A stretch of 49,556 nucleotides of DNA from Flavobacteriaceae bacterium. GTDB lineage: Bacteria; Bacteroidota; Bacteroidia; Flavobacteriales_C; GCA-002722245. The position numbers and the translations under genes were made by a program. Location: the NCBI GenBank assembly GCA_964230605.1, contig CAXRIN010000032.1, positions 1-49,556 of the forward strand. Direction: 5' to 3'. Below are positions 31,201 through 39,774 of the stretch, in pieces (positions within the stretch are counted from its first letter, which is position 1; each line of letters opens with the position of its first letter). Under the pieces are notes generated by a model, which ran no database searches, had not been told where the DNA came from, and saw nothing but the letters and a program-made list of their open reading frames with translations.

Positions 31201-32581
31201 ATTAAAGACTGTAGAAGGTGAAAATGATTTAGGTGAAAAAGTTGAAATAGTAATTGGTCGTTCAGCTGAAATGAGAGTTATCGATCCAAAGACTAAGATT
31301 CAATTAACTTCTAACTTAATTCCTTACGGAGCTACATTATTCATTCAGCCAGGTAAAAAGGTTAAGAAAGGAGATGTGGTTTGTGAGTGGGATCCATACA
31401 ACGCATCAATTATTACAGAAGAAGCTGGTAAGGTTGAATTTGAAAATATTGAGGAAGGTATTACTTATAGAGTTGAATCTGATGAACAAACTGGATTTGA
31501 GGAAAAAGTAATCGTTGAAAATAGAGACAAGAAGAAAAACCCAACTATTAAAGTAGTCAAAGGAAAAGAAGTTTTAAGAACATATTCTTTACCTGTAGGA
31601 GCTCATATTAGTATAGAAAACGGTCAAGCTGTTAAGCCTGGTCAAACTTTAGCTAAGATTCCTAGATCTGCTGCGAAAGGAGGGGATATTACTGGAGGTT
31701 TACCAAGGGTAACTGAGTTATTCGAAGCGAGAAACCCATCTAATCCAGCTGTAGTAGCTGAAGTTGATGGTATTGTTAGCTACGGTAAAATCAAAAGAGG
31801 TAATAGAGAGATTATTGTTGAAGCAAAAACTGGTCAAATTAAAAAGTACCTAGTTCCATTATCTAAGCACATTTTAGTACAGGAAAATGACTTCATCAAA
31901 GCTGGTATGCCACTTTCAGAGGGAGCTACAACTCCAAGTGATATTTTAAGAATCATGGGACCTACTAAGGTACAAGAGTACTTAGTAAACGAAATTCAAG
32001 AAGTATATCGTTTACAAGGGGTAGGGATTAATGATAAGCACTTCGAAGTTATCGTTCGTCAGATGATGAGAAAAGTAGTAATCGATGACGCTGGAGATAC
32101 TAAATTCTTAGAGAAAGAGATTGTTAACAAGATCGATTTCAACAAAGAGAATGATAATATTTTCGGTAAAATGGTTGTTACTGAAGTTGGAGATTCTACT
32201 GAATTAAAAGCTGGTCAAATTATTACTGCTAGAAAATTAAGAGAAGAAAACTCTTACCTTAAGAGAGAAGATAAAGCGTTAGTTGAAGCAAGAGAAGCAA
32301 TTCCAGCAACATCTACAGCAATCTTACAAGGTATTACAAGAGCGTCACTTCAAACTAACTCATTTATCTCTGCAGCTTCGTTCCAAGAGACTACTAAAGT
32401 TCTTAACGAAGCAGCTGTAAATGGAAAAGTTGATTACTTAGAAGGGCTTAAAGAAAATGTTATTGTTGGTCATAAGATTCCTGCAGGAACAGGTCTTAAG
32501 CATTACAAGAACATTGTAGTAGGTTCTAAAGAAGAGTATGATGCTGTAATGGAGGCTCGTAAAATGACTGAAGAAGTATAA
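28286..32581 (+). CDS. rpoC: RNA polymerase beta' subunit
   Basis: NADFDGD, zinc-binding Cys motifs, [13 protein letters not shown]. Confidence 0.99.
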   Translation: MAYRKNVKTPPKFDKITISLSSPEQILDRSSGEVIKPETINYRTYKPERDGLFCERIFGPVKDWECHCGKYKRIRYKGIVCDRCGVEVTEKKVRRERMGHIQLVVPVAHIWYFRSLPNKMGYLLGLPTKKLDMIIYYERYVVVNPGIANNKDGEPLAYLDFLTEEEYLDVLDTLPAENQYLDNEDPNKFIAAMGAEALELLLKRLDLDALSYELRHKANTETSQQRKAEALKRLQVVEAFRSANKHIENRPEWMIIKVVPVIPPELRPLVPLDGGRFATSDLNDLYRRVIIRNNRLKRLIEIKAPEVILRNEKRMLQEAVDSLFDNSRKANAVKTDANRALKSLSDSLKGKSGRFRQNLLGKRVDYSARSVIIVGPTLKLHECGLPKNMAAELYKPFIIRKMIERGIVKTVKSAKKMVDKKDPVVWDILENVLKGHPVLLNRAPTLHRLGIQAFQPKLIEGKAIQLHPLACSAFNADFDGDQMAVHLPLGNAAILEAQMLMLASHNILNPANGEPIAVPSQDMVLGLYYITKEKKSTKQEPVKGEGMTFYSSEEVIIALNEKAVDMHACIKVKATVREDEQLVEKIIETTAGRVLFNQDTPKAVGFINKLLTKKELKKVISEVIRITGMAEAADFLDKIKERGFINAFRGGLSFSLNDVVIPEAKAKLIAEAEEKVEEIKNNYNMGFITNNERYNQVIDVWGRTNVELTEVLMQQLEEDKQGFNSVYMMYHSGARGSKEQIRQLSGMRGLMAKPQKSGATTQAVIENPIISNFKEGLSILEYFISTHGARKGLADTALKTADAGYLTRRLVDVAQDVVVTEIDCGTLRGLETSALMKDDEVVESLAARIEGRTSVHDVVHPQTGDLLVGAGEEITANVAAAIDESPVDSVEIRSALTCESEKGICAKCYGRNLASGRVVKPGEAVGVIAAQSIGEPGTQLTLRTFHVGGTASTSSTDNKNIVKYDGLLEIDELKTVEGENDLGEKVEIVIGRSAEMRVIDPKTKIQLTSNLIPYGATLFIQPGKKVKKGDVVCEWDPYNASIITEEAGKVEFENIEEGITYRVESDEQTGFEEKVIVENRDKKKNPTIKVVKGKEVLRTYSLPVGAHISIENGQAVKPGQTLAKIPRSAAKGGDITGGLPRVTELFEARNPSNPAVVAEVDGIVSYGKIKRGNREIIVEAKTGQIKKYLVPLSKHILVQENDFIKAGMPLSEGATTPSDILRIMGPTKVQEYLVNEIQEVYRLQGVGINDKHFEVIVRQMMRKVVIDDAGDTKFLEKEIVNKIDFNKENDNIFGKMVVTEVGDSTELKAGQIITARKLREENSYLKREDKALVEAREAIPATSTAILQGITRASLQTNSFISAASFQETTKVLNEAAVNGKVDYLEGLKENVIVGHKIPAGTGLKHYKNIVVGSKEEYDAVMEARKMTEEV

Positions 32582-32913
32582 TGGCTGATTTTAAAGAAAA
32601 GAATCAATCTGAAAATCAACTTAGTATTGAGTTGAATGAAGAAGTAGCTGAAGGGGTTTATACGAACTTGGCAATAATTTCACATTCGAATTCAGAATTT
32701 ATTATGGATTTTGTGAATATAATGCCTGGTGTTCCTAAAGCTAAAGTTAAGAGTAGAGTTGTAATGACTCCTCAAAACACCAAAAGATTGATTCATGCTT
32801 TATCTGAAAACATTAGAAAGTTTGAACAAATACATGGTCCTTTAAAAATGGATAATAGTCCAGAAAATCCTGGCTTCCCTATAAATTTCGGAGGACCAAA
32901 AGCAGAAGCTTAA
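32581..32913 (+). CDS. DUF3467 domain protein
   Basis: IELNEEVAEGVYTNLAII.HS.SEFIMDF...PG.PKAKVKSRVVMTP; TAATG overlap with the rpoC stop. Confidence 0.88.
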   Translation: MADFKEKNQSENQLSIELNEEVAEGVYTNLAIISHSNSEFIMDFVNIMPGVPKAKVKSRVVMTPQNTKRLIHALSENIRKFEQIHGPLKMDNSPENPGFPINFGGPKAEA

Positions 32914-32922
32914 ATTTTAGAG

Positions 32923-32946
32923 AAAGCCCCTTTTAAGGGGCTTTTT
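32923..32946 (+). terminator. Intrinsic terminator of the rpoBC operon
   Basis: AAAGCCCCTT-TT-AAGGGGCTTT followed by TT. Confidence 0.85.
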
Positions 32947-33018
32947 CGTTTAAAGTATAAAGTAGAGAGTTTACCACTAGTTGAACTTTAAATTTTAGAC
33001 GATAAACTTTAAACTTAT
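32947..33018. repeat. Degenerate inverted heptamer-repeat element
   Basis: CGTTTAA AGTATAA AGTAGAG AGTTTAC, 9-nt spacer, AACTTTA AATTTTA GACGATA AACTTTA AACTTAT. Confidence 0.65.
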
Positions 33019-33019
33019 T

Positions 33020-34168
33020 ATGGAAATTGTAGCAAAAACATTCGCCGGATTGGAAGACCTATTGGCTTCTGAAATTAAAGAGGCAGGAGGTAAAAGAATA
33101 AAATTAATAAAACGTGGAGTTAAGTTTGAAGGTGATGAGGAAGTTTTATATCGATGTTTGTTATCACTTAGAACTGTTTTAAGGTTACTTGTTCCTGTAT
33201 TTCAGTTCAAGGCACATACCGAAAAAGATCTTTACTTTAAAGTGAAAAAATTGCCTTGGGAGGATTTTTTAGAATTAGACCAAACTTTTGCAATAGATTG
33301 TGTTGCAAATTCAAATGTATTTAATCACAGTAAATTTGTTGCATTAAGAGTAAAGGATGCTATTTGCGATAGATTTAGGGCCAATAATAATGACAGAAGG
33401 CCAGATGTTAATGTTCGTAATCCTGATTTACCTATAAATGTTCATGTTAATAATTTAGACGTTACAATTTTGCTTGATGTTTCTGGTTATTCTCTTCATC
33501 AAAGAGGTTATAGAACTAGAGATCATAAAGCGCCATTGAATGAAGCTCTTGCAGCTGGTATTCTTATGCTTTCTGGTTGGGATAAAAAGCAGAATTTATA
33601 TGATCCTATGTGTGGTTCAGGAACTATATTAGTTGAGGCTGCTATGATGGCTCAAAATATAGCACCAAGGTTGTTTTCTAATAAGAGATTTGCGTTAGAA
33701 AAGTGGGATAATTTTGATTTACAACTCTGGAAGAAAGTGAAAAAGGAGTTAAAGGAACTAATAGAGCCTTCCTCAACAAAAATTTATGGTTCTGATATTT
33801 CTCCAAAGGCAGTTCAAATGGCAAAGTTTTCCTCTAAAGATGGTGCTGTTGATGATATTGTAGAAGTTGTGCAGGCGGACTTTTTTAAGCGACAAAATAA
33901 ATTTGGTGAATTGTTTATTGTTACAAACCCTCCTTATGGAGAAAGGTTAAAAGAAGAAGATATTATTGAATTTTATAAAGAAATTGGGAATACTTTTAAA
34001 AGGGAGTATAGAGGTAGTGAAGCATGGGTTTTGAGTAGTAATTTTGAAGCATTAAAATTCATAGGGCTAAAACCTTCAAAAAAAATCCCTCTGAAAAATG
34101 GAGCTTTGGATGTTAAGCTTCAGAAGTACGAAATGTATTCTGGTAGTAAAAAGGCTGTAAAAAATTAA
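33020..34168 (+). CDS. THUMP-domain RNA methyltransferase (RlmL-like, UPF0020)
   Basis: SLHQRGYR, APLNEALAAG, DPMCGSGT, TNPPYGERL. Confidence 0.9.
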   Translation: MEIVAKTFAGLEDLLASEIKEAGGKRIKLIKRGVKFEGDEEVLYRCLLSLRTVLRLLVPVFQFKAHTEKDLYFKVKKLPWEDFLELDQTFAIDCVANSNVFNHSKFVALRVKDAICDRFRANNNDRRPDVNVRNPDLPINVHVNNLDVTILLDVSGYSLHQRGYRTRDHKAPLNEALAAGILMLSGWDKKQNLYDPMCGSGTILVEAAMMAQNIAPRLFSNKRFALEKWDNFDLQLWKKVKKELKELIEPSSTKIYGSDISPKAVQMAKFSSKDGAVDDIVEVVQADFFKRQNKFGELFIVTNPPYGERLKEEDIIEFYKEIGNTFKREYRGSEAWVLSSNFEALKFIGLKPSKKIPLKNGALDVKLQKYEMYSGSKKAVKN

Positions 34169-34539
34169 AGTCGGTTTATTAAATCCAGTAATTTTTCATG
34201 TGTTAGAGGTTTGTTTATAAAGTCAAAAACGTCATTGTATTGAAAGGCAATTTCTTTATCTGCCTCTCTTATTGAACTAGTGTACATTGCTATTTTTGAT
34301 TTCCCTTCGAATCCGTTTTCTCTGTAAGTTTTTAAAAAATCTAAACCATCCATTATTGGCATGTTAATATCCAGAAGAATTAAGTCTGGAAAATTGAAAG
34401 CATCTTTTAATTTATTAATGGCTTCCAATCCATTGATAACAACATCAATATCTCCTTCAATGCCTGCTTTTTTTAAGGCGTTAACAGTAAGGAAGTTACA
34501 TATTTTATCATCATCTACAACTAATATGGATTTAGTCAT
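34165..34539 (-). CDS. Single-domain response regulator
   Basis: VVDDD, LLDINMPIMDG, TSS, NKPL: all receiver residues present. Confidence 0.92.
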   Translation of the reverse strand: MTKSILVVDDDKICNFLTVNALKKAGIEGDIDVVINGLEAINKLKDAFNFPDLILLDINMPIMDGLDFLKTYRENGFEGKSKIAMYTSSIREADKEIAFQYNDVFDFINKPLTHEKLLDLINRL

Positions 34540-34540
34540 T

Positions 34541-35179
34541 TTAAATTTTATTTAAAAGTTTTTCTACTTCTACAGTCGCTTCACTTAGTTCAATGCATGA
34601 CTGTTTTAACATGTTCATAGCTTCATTATTTAGCGTGCTATTTTCTTTGGATTCTTCAATTAAATAATTAATTAGTCCAAGTATTTTTAAGAGCGGCGCT
34701 CTTAGAACATGTGAGTTGTTGTACGATAATTTATCAATAGAGTTTTGTAAGTTTTCAACTTCTGCTTTTAATCCACTTATTTTAGTTTCAAATTCTTCCT
34801 TAGCCTGTTTTGATTTTTGAATACGTAAAGCTATGACTTGGAGTAATTCCTGAGTATTGAACGGTTTGTTTAAAAAGTCATCAGCACCTGAATTCATTCC
34901 TTCTCTAAAATCTCTTTTTTCTGTTTTTGCAGTAAGGAATATGAAAGGAGTGTTAGATATTTCGTTTATTGCACGGACATTTCTCAATGTCTCAAAGCCA
35001 TCCATTTCAGGCATCATGACATCACATATAATTAAATCTGGTTTAACTTGCAGCGCCTTTGCTACTCCAATTAATCCGTTTTCTGCAGTTTCTGTAGAGT
35101 AATTATTTAATTCAAGGATTTCTTGAATTGTATCCCTAATATTTTTTTCATCTTCAATAATTAATATTTTATTCATCAT
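34541..35179 (-). CDS. Response regulator with a C-terminal HisKA/DHp-like helical hairpin and no ATPase domain
   Basis: Receiver motifs IIEDE, CDVMMP, LTAK, KPF; coiled coil; H-box SHVLRAPL. Confidence 0.85.
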   Translation of the reverse strand: MMNKILIIEDEKNIRDTIQEILELNNYSTETAENGLIGVAKALQVKPDLIICDVMMPEMDGFETLRNVRAINEISNTPFIFLTAKTEKRDFREGMNSGADDFLNKPFNTQELLQVIALRIQKSKQAKEEFETKISGLKAEVENLQNSIDKLSYNNSHVLRAPLLKILGLINYLIEESKENSTLNNEAMNMLKQSCIELSEATVEVEKLLNKI

Positions 35180-37854
35180 TAAAGTGGTAGTTTAATCGTA
35201 AATACTGTCTTTTGATTGAGTTCTGATTCCACAATCAGTTCTCCGTTTTGTAACTCTATATATCTTTTACAAATAGCTAAACCTAATCCAGTTCCTTCGA
35301 TATCTTGTGTATGTTCGCTTCTGAAGAATGGTTGAAAAAGTTTATTTAAATCTTCTTTTGGAATACCCCGACCAAAATCAATGATCCTTATTAGTAAATC
35401 ATCAAAGAATTCTATTTCTATAAGTGGTGCTTCTCGATTAATTGAATATTTAAATGCGTTTTCAACTAAGTTTGTAAAAGCATGGTTAAATAGTTTGCTG
35501 TCGTAATTAACTTCCTTAGAATCACCAATTATTCTTATCGAAGCACATCGCTGATCATCTTGAATGGAGTTTAATTTATCTACAACCTCTTTGATGTCTT
35601 CCACAATATTTCCGAGTTTCGTTTCGGCGGTTAATACATTTGCGTTTAATTTTCCTAAGAGAAGAACATCATTCATAAGTTCTCCTAGTCTTAAAACCTC
35701 ATCTTGAATTCTTGTTGAAATTTTATCGAATTTTCCTTTTAACTCGCTGTCAATTTTCCCCGCCAGCATTTGAAATAATTCAACGTTTGAATGTATAACT
35801 GTTAATGGGGTCCTAAATTGATGAGAAGCCATCGATACAAATTGAGATTTTAATTCACCTAATTCTTTTTCTCTTTGTAAAGCTTTCTTTAATTCTTTTT
35901 TGGTAATATCTCTTTCTGCAACAAACGAAATCTCTCTTGAGATTTCATCTAGCATATTTTTATCGTTAAAAATAGTGTTATTGGGAGGGAGTAATGTTAA
36001 ATATATATATAGCATATTGTTCCCTACAATTACGGGTATTGAGGTGATGACAAAAGAATATGCGGTTAAAGTATTTGGATTGTAGTTAAGTTTAATGTTC
36101 CTCTCAACTAATGCTTCCTTGGAATTAAAAGTAGAGTTTAAGATTCTTTTTAATTCGTTTTCTGGTCTTATAAACAGTTGCTTTAGATTGTTTTTCTCCA
36201 GAACAGTTTTTGCAATTGATCGCTCAATAGTAAACCTTGGTCCACCATCAGTTATTTCAAGTTTAGTTAATATTCCCGAAATACCTTTACCTTGAGATAT
36301 TATAATTTCGTGAATAAGATTCAATACTTCTTCAATAGGAAGTGGTGAGTTAGCTATACTAGCAATGTTTTGCAGAATTTTTGCTTTTTTCTCATTTTCT
36401 GAAATGATTTCATTTGCTTGTGAAATTTCTTTATCCCTCTCTAATAATTTTTTCTCGCTTTCAAAACGTTCAAAGGAGTTTATAAATATCTCTCCAATAA
36501 AGCGTAATAGGTTGATGTCTTCAAGATTCCAATCCTTTATTACTGTAGAATAAGAAAGTCCAAATCCACCTTTGATTTCTTTGTTATAAGCTAATGGAAT
36601 TATTAGTATAGATTTAATTTTTGCATCAATAAGGAGTTTTTTTTGATCATTAAATTCTTCCGGAATAACATTAGTGTCTCGTAATATTAAGGGATCTAGA
36701 TTGTTGAGCTTATCAAAAATCAAGGGAAGATCTCCAGGTTTTTTCTTTTGAAAAATTTTTTGAATGTTTGCGGCCTGTTTTGAGGACGTATTTTCATTTT
36801 CGATAACAATTTCACCTCCTCTAATTTTAAACAAAAAGCAATTGTCTGCGCCACTAAATTCAATAACATCATTTAATGAAGTGTTTATTTGATTGTCAAG
36901 TTCATTAGATTGAATGGCAATTAACTCTGATGATATTTTTGAGATTAAATGTTCAAATTTGTTCCGTTGTATAAGTTGAATATTTAAGAGTTTTAAAGCG
37001 TGTGTTCTTCTTTCAACCCTTTCTTCTAATTCTTCATTCAACTTTTTTATTTCTTCTTGAGCTTTGTATTTTTCAGTTAGGTCAATGTTTGTGCCTGTAA
37101 GTCTTTCAAAATCACCAGTTTCATCTTTTATTCCTTTACCTCTTGATAAAACGTGGATATAAGTGCCATTTTTATGTTGTAATCTATATTCTATTTCGTA
37201 TTCAGGTACTAATCCACGAATGTAATCATCTAAATGTTTGAATGATTTTTGTAGGTCTTCTGGATGAATTAAACTTTCTAAAGTTTTAAGATTGTTATTC
37301 AATTCACTTATATCGTATCCAAGCATTTTCTTCCAAGTAGGAGAGAGGTACATTTCATTAGTTTTTAAATTCCAATCCCATACCCCAGCGTTAGTACCTG
37401 ATAATGCTAAATTTAATCTCTCTTCACTTTTTTTAAGTGCGGAGCTTATGATAACGTTCTCTTTTTCAGTTTTTAAACTGGAATAAGCATTGTCCAGAAT
37501 AAATTTAAGGTTTGAAGGCTCCCATGGTTTTTTAACATATTGCCATAATCCTACTTCATTAATTGCTTTTTCAAGCGCTTCAATATCCGTATAACCTGTA
37601 AGTAAAATGTATTTAGCATTAGGGAGTTTTTCCTTAGCTTTTATCATGAATTCGGTACCCGTCATACCAGGCATTCTTTGATCGGATACAATTATGTCAA
37701 ATTTTTGACCTTCATTTATTAATTCTATTACCTCTTCTGCAGAAGGAGAAGTTGTTATTATGTAATAATCCCGATAGCTAATTTTAAAAAGCCTTAGGTT
37801 TATTGATTCATCATCAACATATAATATTTTGGGTTTCAAATCCACATTAATCAT
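35179..37854 (-). CDS. Cytoplasmic hybrid histidine kinase (REC-PAS-GAF-like-HisKA-HATPase)
   Basis: REC motifs YVDDE/SDQRMP/KPW; PAS motif GVWDWN..IHPED; H-box SHQFRTPL; N-box NLVENAFKYS; DFGRGI; GTGLGL. Confidence 0.92.
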   Translation of the reverse strand: MINVDLKPKILYVDDESINLRLFKISYRDYYIITTSPSAEEVIELINEGQKFDIIVSDQRMPGMTGTEFMIKAKEKLPNAKYILLTGYTDIEALEKAINEVGLWQYVKKPWEPSNLKFILDNAYSSLKTEKENVIISSALKKSEERLNLALSGTNAGVWDWNLKTNEMYLSPTWKKMLGYDISELNNNLKTLESLIHPEDLQKSFKHLDDYIRGLVPEYEIEYRLQHKNGTYIHVLSRGKGIKDETGDFERLTGTNIDLTEKYKAQEEIKKLNEELEERVERRTHALKLLNIQLIQRNKFEHLISKISSELIAIQSNELDNQINTSLNDVIEFSGADNCFLFKIRGGEIVIENENTSSKQAANIQKIFQKKKPGDLPLIFDKLNNLDPLILRDTNVIPEEFNDQKKLLIDAKIKSILIIPLAYNKEIKGGFGLSYSTVIKDWNLEDINLLRFIGEIFINSFERFESEKKLLERDKEISQANEIISENEKKAKILQNIASIANSPLPIEEVLNLIHEIIISQGKGISGILTKLEITDGGPRFTIERSIAKTVLEKNNLKQLFIRPENELKRILNSTFNSKEALVERNIKLNYNPNTLTAYSFVITSIPVIVGNNMLYIYLTLLPPNNTIFNDKNMLDEISREISFVAERDITKKELKKALQREKELGELKSQFVSMASHQFRTPLTVIHSNVELFQMLAGKIDSELKGKFDKISTRIQDEVLRLGELMNDVLLLGKLNANVLTAETKLGNIVEDIKEVVDKLNSIQDDQRCASIRIIGDSKEVNYDSKLFNHAFTNLVENAFKYSINREAPLIEIEFFDDLLIRIIDFGRGIPKEDLNKLFQPFFRSEHTQDIEGTGLGLAICKRYIELQNGELIVESELNQKTVFTIKLPL

Positions 37855-39736
37855 TTTTTGAATGTGTGTATTTTAAAGGAATTTCTAATTTGAAAACAGT
37901 TTTTCTATTTTGTTCGCTTTCTACCGAAATATTCCCATTATGTTTCTTAATTATATTATAAGAAATAGATAATCCTAGTCCGGTTCCTTTACCTATACCT
38001 TTTGTTGTAAAGAAAGGATCGAAAATTTTACTTATGTTACTTTTTGAAATTCCGTAACCATTATCTTCTACTTCAATAAAGCAACTTTTCTCATTTTGGT
38101 AAACTTTAATATTGATTTCTCCACCATTATTAGGGCAGGCGTCAATTGCGTTAGTTAATAAATTAACAAATACCTGGTTGATAGAAGCAGGAAAGCATTC
38201 AACTTTAATACTTTCTTCAGTATATTGTTTAGTTATAGTTACCAACTTTTCACGGGCGTGACTACCTAAAATAGTTAAGGTAGAATTAATAGATTTATTA
38301 ATATCTATCGTTTTAACATCATCTTCATTTAGTCTGGAAAAGTTTTGAAGGCTATTAACTATTTCAGTAACTCTTTTTGATCCAAGTTCTATATCCTGAA
38401 TTGTTTGCTCAATAGATTTTTTTGTTTCTATGTATTCTTTAGAATCTAATTTGATTTGTTCAGAGGATTTGTTTTCTGCTTGAAGAATATTTTCAATTAT
38501 GTTGTTGTATCGATCAATTTCAGCTTTAAGAATAGATGTTCCTGTGTAAACAAAAGTCATTGGGTTATTTATTTCATGCGCCATTCCAGCAGTAACCATT
38601 CCTAAAGAAGCCATTTTTTCATTTTGAACTAGTTTAGCCTGGGCTGTTTGCAGCTCATCAAGAGCTTGTTGCAGTTTTGTATTTTGAGTAGCTAACTTTT
38701 TACTTGATTTTTGTTTACCTAGGAATGAAATGATAGCAAAAATTAAAATTCCCAGAAGTATAACTGAAAATATGTAGGCATAGTTGAGGTATTGTTGTTT
38801 TATGTTTAGTAAATTTTCTTGTTGCGCCAGAACATTGTCTTGTTCCTGTATTTTTGTGTTTCTTAATTCAATTTCATTGTTTTGAGTATCAAAAATTTCA
38901 GTTTGTTTCTTTAGTTTGTCTTCTTGTCTTGCTATTTCCTTTTCTTTTTTATCAAGCTCAATTGACGTTTCATTTATCTTTTTTGAAATGTCTTTAAGGA
39001 ATTCTTTTTGAAGGTTCAATTTGCCAATTGTGTTTTCTACTTCCAATGTTTTTTCGGCGATTTCTATTTCTTTTTCATTGATAGCACTCTTACTTGCTTT
39101 TAATTTTTCCTGAAGACTTAGCAGTTCTTTTTCCTTTTTGGAATTTTCCTCTTTTAGCTGAATAGTTTTTGATTTTTCAAATAATAATGAAGCATCTTTT
39201 TTTTCAAACAAGGAGAACACATCTGTGTCGCTTCCTCCAAGAATGAGTAATAAATTGGAAGGGTAAAAACCGTGTTTATTTAGCAGTGAAGAGTTTATTT
39301 TAAATTTTAATTTATTTTCAAAATTGGCAATGAAATTAATCATTGAGTGTTCAAGACTAGCTGCTTGATCTGTAAAGACTAAAACTTTTTTCCCTTCCAA
39401 AGAGTTTATAATATGCTCAGCTTGCTTGTGTTTATCAAACGCTACGAAAATAATATTACAACCTACAACTTCCTTAGATGAAGAAATAGAAATCACCTCT
39501 ATTGTTTTGCCTCCAATCGTTTTGTTTTTTGAGTAACCACTTAGAGTGGTTAAGAATTGTTTGTCGTTACCAAATACGCCAATTTTTATTTTTTCAGAAG
39601 TGTTCTTCCAATCAAAATCATCGGCTACTTTTATCAGGTAAGCACTTTTTAAATCATTTTCTGTGATTTGGGCGCTTAAATCAACAAAAATTGAAGATAA
39701 AATAATAAGTAAGAAAGTGAAATGTGTTTTACTCAT
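37847..39736 (-). CDS. Membrane histidine kinase with an N-terminal YfiR/HmsC (DUF4154)-like domain and a long coiled coil
   Basis: Signal peptide; LKSAYLIKVADDFDW..IGVFG..CNIIF..MINF..FKIN..LL.L; coiled coil at aa ~172-315; TM at ~318-339; AHEINNP, NAIDA, DNGYG, PFFTTK, GTGLGL. Confidence 0.85.
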   Translation of the reverse strand: MSKTHFTFLLIILSSIFVDLSAQITENDLKSAYLIKVADDFDWKNTSEKIKIGVFGNDKQFLTTLSGYSKNKTIGGKTIEVISISSSKEVVGCNIIFVAFDKHKQAEHIINSLEGKKVLVFTDQAASLEHSMINFIANFENKLKFKINSSLLNKHGFYPSNLLLILGGSDTDVFSLFEKKDASLLFEKSKTIQLKEENSKKEKELLSLQEKLKASKSAINEKEIEIAEKTLEVENTIGKLNLQKEFLKDISKKINETSIELDKKEKEIARQEDKLKKQTEIFDTQNNEIELRNTKIQEQDNVLAQQENLLNIKQQYLNYAYIFSVILLGILIFAIISFLGKQKSSKKLATQNTKLQQALDELQTAQAKLVQNEKMASLGMVTAGMAHEINNPMTFVYTGTSILKAEIDRYNNIIENILQAENKSSEQIKLDSKEYIETKKSIEQTIQDIELGSKRVTEIVNSLQNFSRLNEDDVKTIDINKSINSTLTILGSHAREKLVTITKQYTEESIKVECFPASINQVFVNLLTNAIDACPNNGGEINIKVYQNEKSCFIEVEDNGYGISKSNISKIFDPFFTTKGIGKGTGLGLSISYNIIKKHNGNISVESEQNRKTVFKLEIPLKYTHSKND

Positions 39737-39774
39737 ACCGACAAGCGCTTTACGTTATCGGAGCGAAAAAGTTA

